A stretch of DNA of 64,000 bases from an archaeon (GCA_043810865.1 JBDRNS010000005.1:2821-66820); one strand, 5' to 3'; counted from the first letter of the stretch, positions 21,318-30,817 are shown. The notes: generated from the letters alone by a model not told the origin. Translations and numbers: made by a program.

Positions 21318-22038
21318 TTGCTTCGTCATATGTCTCTTTGCTTCCGATGTCATACCACTTTCCATCTAATTTGAAAGAATATAATTTTTTCCCTTTTGAA
21401 AGAAAATACATAATAAGATATCCTGGGCCGTCTTTTGAATTGTCTGTTTTCATGTATTCTTCTATATCCTTGATATTTTCTTTTTTGAATACATAAATTC
21501 CCGTTGATATCAAAGTTGATTTGGGATTTTCCGGTTTTTCTTCCATTGAAATTATTTCATTATTCTCAACTTCAAGGACACCAAATTTTCTTGCTTTCTC
21601 TAGGGATTTCAAATCGTAAACTCCAACAACCATATTTTTTTTATCCCTGAAAAAATCAACAATTTTGTCCAGGTCGGAACCAAACAGATTATCTCCGAGA
21701 ATAACTAAGAAATCATCATTTATTTTTTCTTTTTCAATTGCGAACCATAAGTCACCCAAGCCGCCGAGTCGTGTTTCATTTGTCGTTGTTCCGTCATTAA
21801 CTATCTTAACCGGTTTTTTGAAGTTTTCTTTGTTTTGATTGAACCACCAAACAAAGTCCATGTAGAACTTGTCATTTGTTACTATGAGTATTTCGTCTAT
21901 TTCCTTTACTTTCCCGATTTTCTCGATAGCATAGTTCAGAACGGGTTTTCCAGAAACAGGGAGGAGACATTTTGGCTTGTCCAGCGTCAGAGGATAAAGC
22001 CGTGTCGCGTATCCTGCGCATAGAATCACTGCTTTCAT
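21286..22038 (-). CDS. sugar-phosphate nucleotidyltransferase (glucose-1-phosphate thymidylyl/uridylyl-transferase family)
   Basis: '[28 protein letters not shown]' G-x-G-T-R motif. Confidence 0.7.
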   Translation of the reverse strand: MKAVILCAGYATRLYPLTLDKPKCLLPVSGKPVLNYAIEKIGKVKEIDEILIVTNDKFYMDFVWWFNQNKENFKKPVKIVNDGTTTNETRLGGLGDLWFAIEKEKINDDFLVILGDNLFGSDLDKIVDFFRDKKNMVVGVYDLKSLEKARKFGVLEVENNEIISMEEKPENPKSTLISTGIYVFKKENIKDIEEYMKTDNSKDGPGYLIMYFLSKGKKLYSFKLDGKWYDIGSKETYDEANENWENNSGN

Positions 22039-22123
22039 AACCAGTCATAAAAAAACAAAGTTAAAAAGTTTATGAATGTGAATAAAATTAATATAAAATA
22101 ATAAAAATAAAAAATGTTAAGCC

Positions 22124-22285
22124 CTATCTTCTTTTCTTCTTTTTAGCAGGCTTTTTCTTTTTTGTCATCTTTTTCTTCTTTCCGCCACGAGCCATTCTTG
22201 CTTCGCAGACGTTACCCTTTCCATCAACATAGTAAAGATGTCCAGGTTTTCTTTTGACAACATTTTTGACAACTACTTTTCCCAT
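22124..22285 (-). CDS. very small Lys-rich basic protein (53 aa), candidate nucleic-acid-binding protein
   Basis: Hand translation 'MGKVVVKNVVKRKPGHLYYVDGKGNVCEARMARGGKKKKMTKKKKPAKKKKRR'; not in the ORF track (under 60 aa). Confidence 0.35.
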   Translation of the reverse strand: MGKVVVKNVVKRKPGHLYYVDGKGNVCEARMARGGKKKKMTKKKKPAKKKKRR

Positions 22286-22309
22286 TTTACCTCCTTTTAT
22301 TTTATGATT

Positions 22310-22672
22310 TTAACAAACTAACGGTATATTTAAATCTTTCTTATCGACGAAGAAATTAGTAATTTTCCTGTTCTTATTGTTCAATGGTATTTCAATTAAT
22401 TTGTTAAATGGTTTTTTTGAATTTACATTTAAGTTAAATGGTTTTATGATTCTTGTTTCCAAAACTTTATTTTTTTCGCTGAGCCAGATTGCAAGAAACG
22501 GAAAAAACACAAATAAGGAATGTATTTGCATTTGTGTTTTTTTGTGGAATTCAAACAACAAATTTTCTGTATTTCTGGATTTGAACATTAATCCCAAGAA
22601 TTTTCCAAGAAAAGAAACCTTTTTCACAGGAATTTTTATTGTTTTATTTTTAAAAGAGATTTTTATTTCCAT
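22310..22672 (-). CDS. hypothetical protein
   Basis: 120-aa ORF. Confidence 0.3.
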   Translation of the reverse strand: MEIKISFKNKTIKIPVKKVSFLGKFLGLMFKSRNTENLLFEFHKKTQMQIHSLFVFFPFLAIWLSEKNKVLETRIIKPFNLNVNSKKPFNKLIEIPLNNKNRKITNFFVDKKDLNIPLVC

Positions 22673-23037
22673 TTTTTAAGCTTTCATATTTTTTATAGTA
22701 GAGGTTTACATTTTTATCGCAGACAAAATCATGATGCTTGAATCCGCCGCCGAATGTTTTTGGGATATGCATTAATTCGTGCAGAATTACCTTTATTTTT
22801 TCTTTTTCATTCATCTTATCAAACCTCTCAGAAATGAATTCAAGCGCGTAATGCGCTTTTACGTCAAGGGCTTTTTGCATTAATTTTTCCCAGAGCATGA
22901 CAACGGGCAATTGTTCCCCTTGATGAACTTCCGAAACTTCTGAAGCATTTTACTCTGTCAAGTTTTATGTGGGGAAACAATGCACGAGAAATTTCTTCCG
23001 CAGTTTTTTGCAAGTCAGGAGCAGATTCATATTTCAT
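22650..23037 (-). pseudogene. DUF45/YgjP-type zinc metallopeptidase (HExxH), apparently frameshifted
   Basis: The upstream frame reads 'MKYESAPDLQ...FRSFGSSSRGTIARCHALGK*'; the -1 frame continues '...VVMLWEKLMQ...VILHELMHIPKTFGGGFKHHDF'. Both halves match the same family. Confidence 0.45.
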
Positions 23038-23038
23038 T

Positions 23039-23524
23039 TTAAAATAAATTAATCCATTTTTTCATTTCTTTTAATACTTCATCTGATTTTGTGCTGATTA
23101 ATTTCAAAACATCTTTTTTAGTAAACCACCTGATTTCCGCGACTTCTTCTCTGCTATAACTAAAATTATTGATATCTTTATCCAGTTTTAAATAAAACCA
23201 TTGAGTGAAATGGTTGTAATTCCCTTTCACTAGTTCTTTAATTCCTTTTTTTGGTTTGATATTTTTTAATTCTAATTCTTCTTCAGCTTCTTTAATAATA
23301 TTACTTTCATAAGTTTCTTTATCTTCAACAGTTCCTGCTACAGCCGGTCCCCATTTTCCAGGGTTTTGTTTTTTAGTTAATGCTCTTCTTGCCAGGAGTA
23401 TTTTGCCTTTTGAATTAGTTATCCATAACGCTGAGACCCTGTAAATGTCTTTTTTGTAATTTAATTTTTCTCTATCTTTTACCTTTATAATCTCATCATT
23501 TTCATTAACGATTGGTATTTTCAT
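23039..23524 (-). CDS. NUDIX hydrolase
   Basis: Nudix box 'GTVEDKETYESNIIKEAEEELEL'. Confidence 0.6.
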   Translation of the reverse strand: MKIPIVNENDEIIKVKDREKLNYKKDIYRVSALWITNSKGKILLARRALTKKQNPGKWGPAVAGTVEDKETYESNIIKEAEEELELKNIKPKKGIKELVKGNYNHFTQWFYLKLDKDINNFSYSREEVAEIRWFTKKDVLKLISTKSDEVLKEMKKWINLF

Positions 23525-23739
23525 TTTATTTCAACAATTTTATTTTTGCTGTTTAATCCTGAATTTATTTTAACCGGCTTATTAAAATACTTTTGTAATA
23601 ACTTGACTAGTGCAATATTTGCTCTGTTGTTAATTGGCTTTTCTTTTATCCAAACTTCATATTCCATTTCATTTATTCTACTAATTTTTTCTTGCGAGGA
23701 GTTTGGGTGAAGTTTAATGCGGAGTTTCATCTTTTCCAT
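23521..23739 (-). CDS. DUF167 (YggU-like) small protein
   Basis: 'LRIKLHPNSSQEKI...EVWIKEKPINNRANIALVKLLQKYF...VKINSGLNSKNKIVEI'. Confidence 0.5.
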   Translation of the reverse strand: MEKMKLRIKLHPNSSQEKISRINEMEYEVWIKEKPINNRANIALVKLLQKYFNKPVKINSGLNSKNKIVEIK

Positions 23740-24200
23740 GGTTCTTTGTAATGGCGTCCAAGTGCATTGTAGATTTCCCTCTCTGTTTTTCCAGCAATCC
23801 GATGTCCTGTTTTTCTGCTGAACAATCCGTGCTGTGTAAGTTTCATTCCTTTCATTCTTGCAACAACTCTTAATCCAATTCCGGAGCCCTTTTTGCTTGA
23901 ATACGCGAGAAGTTCTGCACCCCATTCTTCGGGATTTGTGTAGTAAAGTTCAACTTTAATTCCTTCAATTTTCCAGGTTGATTCGCGCTCGCCACCCTGC
24001 AAATATTTGTATTTTTTCTTCAGAAATTCTTCAAGTTTTCTTCTATTTTTTGGAATAAGCACAATGTCAATGTCTTTTGGATTTTCTTCTTTTCTCCGTA
24101 TGCTTCCGACAATTTGAATTCTTCTGCAGTAAGGTTTTAACTGGGCGATAATTTTTTTTGAGAGTGCAAGAACATGATTGCCCCTTTTTTTCCCAGACAT
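23727..24200 (-). CDS. minimal DNA polymerase X-like protein (Pol-beta palm + thumb only, 157 aa)
   Basis: 'IVGSIRRKEENPKDIDIVLIP' parallels Pol-beta 'CGSFRRGAESSGDMDVLL'; 'GSGIGLRVVARMKGMKLTQHGLF' parallels '[25 protein letters not shown]'; C-terminal 'TEREIYNALGRHYKEPWKR' parallels 'SEKDIFDYIQWKYREPKDR'. Confidence 0.6.
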   Translation of the reverse strand: MSGKKRGNHVLALSKKIIAQLKPYCRRIQIVGSIRRKEENPKDIDIVLIPKNRRKLEEFLKKKYKYLQGGERESTWKIEGIKVELYYTNPEEWGAELLAYSSKKGSGIGLRVVARMKGMKLTQHGLFSRKTGHRIAGKTEREIYNALGRHYKEPWKR

Positions 24201-24239
24201 AAATCTTTAAAAGAGTTTGTGCTTATAAATTTTCTTAGA

Positions 24240-24860
24240 ATGATAATTATTTTTATCGGGATTCAGGGGAGCGGGAAAGGGACACAGGCAAAACTGCTTG
24301 CAGATAAACTTAAAATCCCGGGCATTTCCACCGGCGATGTTCTCAGAAGCGTGGAGGGAAAACTGAAAGAAAAAGTTGATAATGTGATGAACAGAGGAGA
24401 ACTTCTTTCTGCTGACTTAGTCATGGAATTGCTTAAGGAAAGAATTTCAAACAAAGATTGCAAAAACGGATTTATACTCGACGGGTTTCCGAGAGATCTT
24501 GAGCAGGCGGAGAAATTTGATGCAAATCTTGATGCGGATTTTATTATTGAACTTGAAATTTCAGACAAGGAGGTTTTCAGGCGACTGGAAGGAAGACGTT
24601 TGTGTCCGAAGTGCGGGAGAGGATATAATGTTGTAACATCTCCAAAGCCCAAGAAAGATAATCTGTGTGATATTGACGGTGCTGAACTTGTCAGGAGAGC
24701 AGATGATACAGAGGATTCCATAAAAAAGAGAATAGAAATTTATCATGAAGAAACCGAGCCGATTTTGAAACGCTACAAGGATAAAATTATAAAGATAAAC
24801 GGTGAGCAAAAGATTGAAAATATTTTTGAAGATATTCTTGAGAAACTGAGAATAAAATAA
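24240..24860 (+). CDS. adk: adenylate kinase (long form with zinc-binding lid)
   Basis: 'GIQGSGKGTQ' P-loop, 'GFILDGFPR', lid 'CPKCGRGYN...CD'. Confidence 0.85.
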   Translation: MIIIFIGIQGSGKGTQAKLLADKLKIPGISTGDVLRSVEGKLKEKVDNVMNRGELLSADLVMELLKERISNKDCKNGFILDGFPRDLEQAEKFDANLDADFIIELEISDKEVFRRLEGRRLCPKCGRGYNVVTSPKPKKDNLCDIDGAELVRRADDTEDSIKKRIEIYHEETEPILKRYKDKIIKINGEQKIENIFEDILEKLRIK

Positions 24861-26057
24861 TTATCGTGTTATGATTTCCAGTGCATCCCTGTGTTTCAGC
24901 TTGTAATCTTTTCCCAAAGCTTTTTTGCTGCGTGCATCAATTGCTTTTATGAAATTTTTCCCGAAGTCGGTGTGAAGGAAATATGCAAAGTTCAGTGCAG
25001 TGGAATTTTGAGGTAGAAGAAAGCAATCAGGGAGGACATTTCCTTTTGAGTCCGCGAGTTTATTTGCTCCGGCGGGAAAAATTGCAATGTATTTTAATAA
25101 TTCAAAAACAGCTTTGTTTAAGATGTTCTGAACTCCTGTGCCAAACTCGTATTTTTCCAGCACACTTTCTTTTATTTTTTCAAGGGCGTTTTTTTGTTTT
25201 TCATTTAGAGATTTCAAAATTTTGAAATCTTTTTCTCCGGGAATGTATTCAATCAATCCTGTTTTTGCCGCCTGCCTTAATGCAAGTTCTGAATCAGCAC
25301 TACAAGGGATAATTATTTGTTCAGGGAATTTTTCCTTTAGTTTTTTATAATTCACAATCCCAAGTTCAGTATCAATTTTATTTGCAGCAATAATCATCGG
25401 CTTGGTTTCTTTTCTTAATTTTGATGCAAATGCAAGAATTTCATTTTCTTTCCATACAGAAGGTTTTTGCGAGAAATTTAATTTCAGCAAGACATCTTTT
25501 ACATGCTCTTCTTTGACTTTCAATCCTGAGAATTGCTTTGCAACTGCTTCTGAGAAATTTCCTTCAATTTCTGCTTTTTTTGAGAAACTTTTCCATGCTT
25601 TCATGAAAATATTGTAATACCATTTATTCAGTTCATCTTCAAGAAATAAAATATCTTTTGAGACATCATAGCTGCCATGTGTTAAAGGTTTCCCTTCTTC
25701 ATTTGTTTTTCCGGAGCAGTCAACAATGTGGATAAAAACATCGGCGTTTCTTAAATCGTCGAGGAACTGGTTTCCAAGCCCTTTGCCTTCGCTGGCTCCC
25801 GGAACCAAACCGGCAACGTCCATTAAATCAACAGGAACAAATCTCCAGTGATTTATGCAGAAGCCATGATTTGGATTGCATTGTGTTTTGAATTCCTTGT
25901 CTATGCATTCCACTTTTACATATCCCATTCCGTGGTTTGGTTTTATTGTTGTGAAAGGATAAGATGCGATTTCAACTTCTGCCAAAGTCGCTGCCTTGAA
26001 AAAAGTGCTTTTTCCTACAGAAGGTTTTCCGACAAGTCCAATTAACATAGTATTCAT
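24861..26057 (-). CDS. Obg-family GTPase (YchF/OLA1-like) with C-terminal TGS-like domain
   Basis: '[16 protein letters not shown]', '[11 protein letters not shown]', 'DVAGLVPGA'; 398 aa. Confidence 0.7.
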   Translation of the reverse strand: MNTMLIGLVGKPSVGKSTFFKAATLAEVEIASYPFTTIKPNHGMGYVKVECIDKEFKTQCNPNHGFCINHWRFVPVDLMDVAGLVPGASEGKGLGNQFLDDLRNADVFIHIVDCSGKTNEEGKPLTHGSYDVSKDILFLEDELNKWYYNIFMKAWKSFSKKAEIEGNFSEAVAKQFSGLKVKEEHVKDVLLKLNFSQKPSVWKENEILAFASKLRKETKPMIIAANKIDTELGIVNYKKLKEKFPEQIIIPCSADSELALRQAAKTGLIEYIPGEKDFKILKSLNEKQKNALEKIKESVLEKYEFGTGVQNILNKAVFELLKYIAIFPAGANKLADSKGNVLPDCFLLPQNSTALNFAYFLHTDFGKNFIKAIDARSKKALGKDYKLKHRDALEIITR

Positions 26058-26177
26058 CTGAAGAGTAATTATTTAAATTTATTTCTTAAGTTAGTTCATT
26101 AACAATTCCACACAAAAATTTATTCTGCTTAATTTGTTTCCTTCTACTCACGACCTAATTTTTTCTCTTATTAAATT

Positions 26178-26420
26178 GTTCCCACCCACCTCAAAAACAA
26201 ATTAATTAATAATGAAATTCTTGAAGAATAATAATCTCTACCACAAAGTTGCTTGCCCACCCAAAGAACTTTTTTAACTAATTTTCACCCACCCGAAATT
26301 TGTCTCACTCGCAAACTCACCCGAATTGATAATTTAAAATTTAATAGAGAAAGTTTTTTAGTAGGAACATTAGAGGTTGCAGGATTACTAGAAAATTGCT
26401 TATTTAGATTAGAAGAATCT
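26178..26420. repeat. Mosaic intergenic repeat family, copy B
   Basis: 'GTTCCCACCCACC...AATTAATTAATAA', 'AAATTTGTCTCACTCGCAAACTCACCCGAATTGATAATTTAAAATTTAATAGAGAAAGTTTTTTAG', '...TTAGAAGAATC'. Confidence 0.6.
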
Positions 26421-26440
26421 GTTAAAATTTTTTAAGAAAT

Positions 26441-26719
26441 TTATTCACAAAATTTTTCTTTTACTTCTTCATCTCTTAAGTCATTCCAGCCAGAAGGCAT
26501 TTGCACTGCGAAACCTGTCGGAGTAATTTTTAGAATTTTATCCTTGTTGCACTGAATCTCGTAATCCTCGCAAAAATTGTTTTTGTCGCAAATTGCTTTT
26601 GTGTGGGAATGGAAATAATTTTCAGACGCTTCTGCAGTGATAATTTTTATTGCACTGAATGTTAAAATCCCGATTAGGACTGTTAAAAATACAATTACTG
26701 CAAAATTTATTTTTTTCAT
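26441..26719 (-). CDS. small secreted protein
   Basis: N-terminal TM 'INFAVIVFLTVLIGILTFSAI'; 4 Cys. Confidence 0.4.
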   Translation of the reverse strand: MKKINFAVIVFLTVLIGILTFSAIKIITAEASENYFHSHTKAICDKNNFCEDYEIQCNKDKILKITPTGFAVQMPSGWNDLRDEEVKEKFCE

Positions 26720-26754
26720 AAAAATGAAACAGAAAAAGTGTTTTTAAAGGTTAT

Positions 26755-27081
26755 CTAAATATCATCAAGCTCGGATTTTATCTTCTGGACTTTTGAGAGC
26801 TTGTCTGATAATCTTTCTTCTCTCATGCCTATATTCTTTTTCTTTTCTTTAAGCGCGGCTTCGCGTTCAAGAAGTGCCGCGATTCTTTTTTGCAATTCCT
26901 TTTCAAACGCCATAAAGTTTCTCAAACTTTTGTCGGAATTCTTAATCTGGTCTCCAAGGCGCTTTTTTTCCTTGTTTATGTTTGCAATTTCCCTGTTAAG
27001 ATCAAGAAGAGCTTCTCGTATCATTCCTTTTTTGCCCTTTTTTGTTTTTGCAACTCTTTTTTTCACACTCTTTTTTTTCAT
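26755..27081 (-). CDS. basic coiled-coil protein
   Basis: K/R/E-rich heptad-like 108-aa ORF. Confidence 0.35.
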   Translation of the reverse strand: MKKKSVKKRVAKTKKGKKGMIREALLDLNREIANINKEKKRLGDQIKNSDKSLRNFMAFEKELQKRIAALLEREAALKEKKKNIGMREERLSDKLSKVQKIKSELDDI

Positions 27082-27104
27082 TATTAAGTTAAACCTAAAG
27101 GATT

Positions 27105-28364
27105 TTATAAAGATTTTCTTTTAATTTTTCTTGTGGCTGACTGGATTCTGGAACTTCCTTTTTTGTAGGAATCTCTGCTTATGTATCCTTCCGAATACGC
27201 TTCTTTCAACGCGCCGAGTTTTAGCTTTAATTCGCGACTTATTTCCGCCGACTTGAGCGCTTTCGGATAAATTTCTCTTCTCCATTTTCTCAACTTTTTT
27301 TCGACGGTTTTCCTGTTCTTTTTGTTTTTTATTTTTCTTAGTTCGCTTCTCTGTTCTTTTTGCTGTTTTTTTATTTCGTTGATTACCTTGTCTTTTGCAC
27401 CCCTGAATTCCGCGAGAATTATTTTCTTTTGCTTTTCTGTTTTTGCTTTTCTCAACAGCTCTCTTTTTTGCTGGTCTATATTTTCTGAATAGAATTTTAT
27501 TTCAGATGAATGCTGTCTTTTGAGTTCTGTAAAAAGCTTGTTTCTTTCATTTACAATGTAGATTATTATGATTACCATTATCAGCAAGAACACGGCAACC
27601 ATGAGCGTGAAGAAATTCATTTCAGAAAGCGGAGGAATTATTCTTCTTTCAACGACGCTGAACAAATAACTTGAAGTGCTTGTTCTGTCCTCTGATTTTG
27701 CGACAACTGCAAATACATAATTTCCTGAAGGGGTGTTTTTTGGAATCGGAATTGTTTTTGTTACAGATGATTTTGAGCCGACGCTGATTGTGTTTGTCTC
27801 TGAATTTATTATCTCTCCTTTTGTATTCAAGATTTTGTAAACAATTTCAATTTGGTGGTTTCTTGTATCTTTTATGTTGAAGAAATTTATTCCGGCAGTT
27901 ATTTCCCCGTTTCTGTTCACTTCCTTGTATTTTGGACTAACGTCGAGATTTATTGCGAATATGGGGTCCTTTGACTGAATTTCAAGGATAACAGGAATTA
28001 TTTCTTCGCTGATTCCTGAGATTTTCAGAGAGCCGACATAAACATCCGGCATTATGTTTGTATTGTTAAATATGGCTTTAACTTCTGCTGACTCATCAAT
28101 TTCCAGATGAAATGATTTCTCCCCGACAAAAATAAGATTTTCCAAATCAATAATTTCTACGGTGAAATCTTTCGCTTCATTTAAGTTTATTACTTTGAAA
28201 CTTGTTGTCAAATCCTCGTTTTGTTTTACCACTGATTTTAAGAATATGTGGTCTACATAGAAGTTTTTGTCTTCTTTTGAATAGAAATTATAGTATACAA
28301 AACCGATTGCAATTATTATTACAAATGCAACTGCTAAAATCAGGAAAATATTTTTCTTCACCAT
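27105..28364 (-). CDS. bitopic surface protein: extracellular beta-rich domain between two TM helices, cytoplasmic K/R-rich coiled-coil tail
   Basis: TM1 'IFLILAVAFVIIIAIGFVYY', TM2 'FFTLMVAVFLLIMVIIIIYIV', then about 150-aa Lys-rich tail. Confidence 0.5.
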   Translation of the reverse strand: MVKKNIFLILAVAFVIIIAIGFVYYNFYSKEDKNFYVDHIFLKSVVKQNEDLTTSFKVINLNEAKDFTVEIIDLENLIFVGEKSFHLEIDESAEVKAIFNNTNIMPDVYVGSLKISGISEEIIPVILEIQSKDPIFAINLDVSPKYKEVNRNGEITAGINFFNIKDTRNHQIEIVYKILNTKGEIINSETNTISVGSKSSVTKTIPIPKNTPSGNYVFAVVAKSEDRTSTSSYLFSVVERRIIPPLSEMNFFTLMVAVFLLIMVIIIIYIVNERNKLFTELKRQHSSEIKFYSENIDQQKRELLRKAKTEKQKKIILAEFRGAKDKVINEIKKQQKEQRSELRKIKNKKNRKTVEKKLRKWRREIYPKALKSAEISRELKLKLGALKEAYSEGYISRDSYKKGSSRIQSATRKIKRKSL

Positions 28365-28381
28365 CTTTTATTTTATAATGA

Positions 28382-29428
28382 TTATTTCCTTTTATAGTTT
28401 TTCGCTATGATGATTAGCACTATTAATATCAGAATCGCTGCGAGCAGTTCTATTACAATTATGAAATTCGGGGCTTTTATTTCCGGGCTGTAAACACTGA
28501 ACTGGGCGCTTGCTGTTGCGATTCCTCCAGAATAAATTACTTCTGCTCCAAGAAGATAATCTCCAATAGGAAGGGAAGTTGAGTCAAATATTTTCTCATA
28601 ACTTTTTTCTTTTAAGACGGCGAGAGTTTCAGATTCTGTCAGGTAAATATTTCCGTCGAAGTCCTTTATTACGTATTCCATAACAACGTCCTGTTTTTCC
28701 TGAAGTCCTGCCTGAATCAAAGTTATCTGGCTTGTGAGAACATTTCCTTCCCTGATTCTTTTATTTGTTTCAGATAAGTCCACAGATATGTCAAACAAAC
28801 TTAATTCTGAGCCAACGTTTAATGCGAAGGGAACTTCAAGTTTTCTGCTTCCTGAAGTGAACACAATTTTGCCGGCATATATTCCCGGTTCGTTCGGAGG
28901 GATTATCAAAAACGGGAGAGTTTTTGTTTCGTATCCTGAGAGGGAAAATACTGTCTCTTCGAATAATAAAATTCCGTAAAGATTAGTCAAACTTATAACT
29001 ATGCTCAAGCTTTCTTCTCCAAGATTCGATAAAGAAATTTTTCCAGCGTCTTCAATTCCTGCTGTTGCAGGGATGTTAAATGAATTTGGGATTGCTCTCA
29101 GGACTGAAAAAGGAACAGTGGTTACTCCTGCCCCTCCACCTCCGCCACCACCTGTGCTGCCTCCTGGAGTTCCAGTATCACTTACTTCATTTTGACAAGT
29201 TGATGAACATCCGTCGCCATTTGCTGTTCCTCCGTCGTCGCACTGTTCTCCTGTGTCAATAATTCCGTCGCCGCAGATTAAATTTCTGAAGAAAAATCCT
29301 TCTGTGTAAGTGTCAGGACTTATAACAATGTTTGAATCTCCTCCTGAGTTTATCGAGAAAATATCTGCATTTACAAACTGCGAAAAAGCTATCGCGAGAA
29401 AGACAACCAAAAAGATTTTCAGCCCCAT
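28382..29428 (-). CDS. surface protein with Myxococcus-type cysteine-rich repeat, Gly linker and C-terminal TM anchor
   Basis: Signal 'LVVFLAIAFSQFVNA'; 'CGDGIIDTGEQCDDGGTANGDGCSSTCQ'; 'GGSTGGGGGGGAG'; C-terminal 'IIVIELLAAILILIVLIIIAKNYKRK'. Confidence 0.6.
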   Translation of the reverse strand: MGLKIFLVVFLAIAFSQFVNADIFSINSGGDSNIVISPDTYTEGFFFRNLICGDGIIDTGEQCDDGGTANGDGCSSTCQNEVSDTGTPGGSTGGGGGGGAGVTTVPFSVLRAIPNSFNIPATAGIEDAGKISLSNLGEESLSIVISLTNLYGILLFEETVFSLSGYETKTLPFLIIPPNEPGIYAGKIVFTSGSRKLEVPFALNVGSELSLFDISVDLSETNKRIREGNVLTSQITLIQAGLQEKQDVVMEYVIKDFDGNIYLTESETLAVLKEKSYEKIFDSTSLPIGDYLLGAEVIYSGGIATASAQFSVYSPEIKAPNFIIVIELLAAILILIVLIIIAKNYKRK

Positions 29429-29502
29429 TTAAACTACATGTAATCTGCATTTAAATTTTTTCTTGTCGCAAGTTTTATAAATCGATTTGCGACTTTATCT
29501 AT

Positions 29503-29925
29503 ATGGGACTAAAAAACGCGATGAAAAAAGCGAAGAACCGAAAGAAGTTCAGATGGAAGGATAGAAAATACAAAGTGAAGACACTCAATCTTTATGCTAA
29601 GTCAGATCCTCTTGAGGGAAAGAGCCAGGCGAAGGGAATTGTTTTGCAGAAAATCCAAAAGGAAGCGAAACAGCCAAATTCAGCGATGAGAAAATGCTGC
29701 AAGGTTCAACTGAAAAAAAACGGGAAGCAGATTACTGCATTTATTCCGGGAAATCTTGCGCAGAAATTTATTGATGAACATGATGAAGTCATGGTTGAGA
29801 GAATCGGCGGAAAACAGGGAAGAAGCAAGGGAGACATTCCAGGAGTTAGGTTTCAAGTAATTAAAGTAAATGACCAGCCATTGCATTTGCTGTGGTTGGG
29901 AAAGATAGAGAAGGGAAGGAGATAA
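29503..29925 (+). CDS. rps12: ribosomal protein S12 (S23e)
   Basis: '[26 protein letters not shown]...GVRFQVIKV'. Confidence 0.85.
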   Translation: MGLKNAMKKAKNRKKFRWKDRKYKVKTLNLYAKSDPLEGKSQAKGIVLQKIQKEAKQPNSAMRKCCKVQLKKNGKQITAFIPGNLAQKFIDEHDEVMVERIGGKQGRSKGDIPGVRFQVIKVNDQPLHLLWLGKIEKGRR

Positions 29926-30536
29926 TGGAACAAAAGCAAATTCAAATTTTCAAGGCATTTGATTTGTATGACTTGTCGGGAATTGAAATAAAGGACAAGG
30001 GGTTGAAGTCAGCGATAAATCTTGAGCCGAAACTTGTTCTTCAGAGTCATGGGAGAAATGTTCAGAGATTTGTGCAGAGCAAGATTAATATAATAGAACG
30101 ATTAATGAACAAGTTTTCTGTTGCAGGGCACAGGGGAAGAAAGCACAAGCTGATGATGGGGCATGCATCCGGGAAATATTCAAAGAACATGAAAATTATT
30201 CTTGAGGCATTTAAAATTGTAGAAAAGAGAACGGGGAAAAATCCTGTGCAGGTTCTTGTTACTGCGATTGAAAATGCGGCGCCGAGGGATGAAATAACTG
30301 TTATTGAATACGGGGGGGCGAGATATCCTCAGGCAGTTGATGTTTCTCCTTTAAGGAGAGTTAATGTTGCATTGAGAAATATTGTTCACGGCGCGGGAGA
30401 CAAAGCGTTCAACAAAAAGAAGAATATTGTTCAGAGTTTGGCAGAGGAAATTATTTTGGCGAGTGAAAACAACGGTGAGAGTTTTGCGGTGAGAAAAAAG
30501 AATGAGACAGAGAAGCAAGCCGATAGCGCGCGTTAA
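29925..30536 (+). CDS. rps7: ribosomal protein S7 (S5e)
   Basis: 'VNKFSVAGHRGRK...' S7 family; follows rps12 in the conserved order. Confidence 0.8.
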   Translation: MEQKQIQIFKAFDLYDLSGIEIKDKGLKSAINLEPKLVLQSHGRNVQRFVQSKINIIERLMNKFSVAGHRGRKHKLMMGHASGKYSKNMKIILEAFKIVEKRTGKNPVQVLVTAIENAAPRDEITVIEYGGARYPQAVDVSPLRRVNVALRNIVHGAGDKAFNKKKNIVQSLAEEIILASENNGESFAVRKKNETEKQADSAR

Positions 30537-30817
30537 TTTCTCAGATAATCCCAGACAACATTTTCTTCGTCAGGATACAAGACAAGCATCTCACATTTAT
30601 TTTCGTAATTATATCCTTCTGAGATTTTATTTTTTATCTCTTCTTCACTTTCATTTTCCATGAGAAATTTTTTCCCATCTTTTTCTAAGACGTGTTCATT
30701 AATTATGTAATCTCTTTCCATGCAATTAAATTTATTCTTAAATAGATTTATTCCTTGCTTTGTTACACATAAGCCTGAAAATCCAATTATTTTAAGATTA
30801 GGATTTTTTTCTCTCAA
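30533..30817 (-). CDS. hypothetical protein
   Basis: 94-aa ORF, start overlaps the stop of the upstream ORF. Confidence 0.3.
   Translation of the reverse strand: MREKNPNLKIIGFSGLCVTKQGINLFKNKFNCMERDYIINEHVLEKDGKKFLMENESEEEIKNKISEGYNYENKCEMLVLYPDEENVVWDYLRN

Noticed and set aside
29001-29195. ORF with PPPPPPP run (29001..29195 +)
   Set aside because: It is antisense to the poly-Gly linker (GGGGGGG) of surface protein 28382-29428; artefact.
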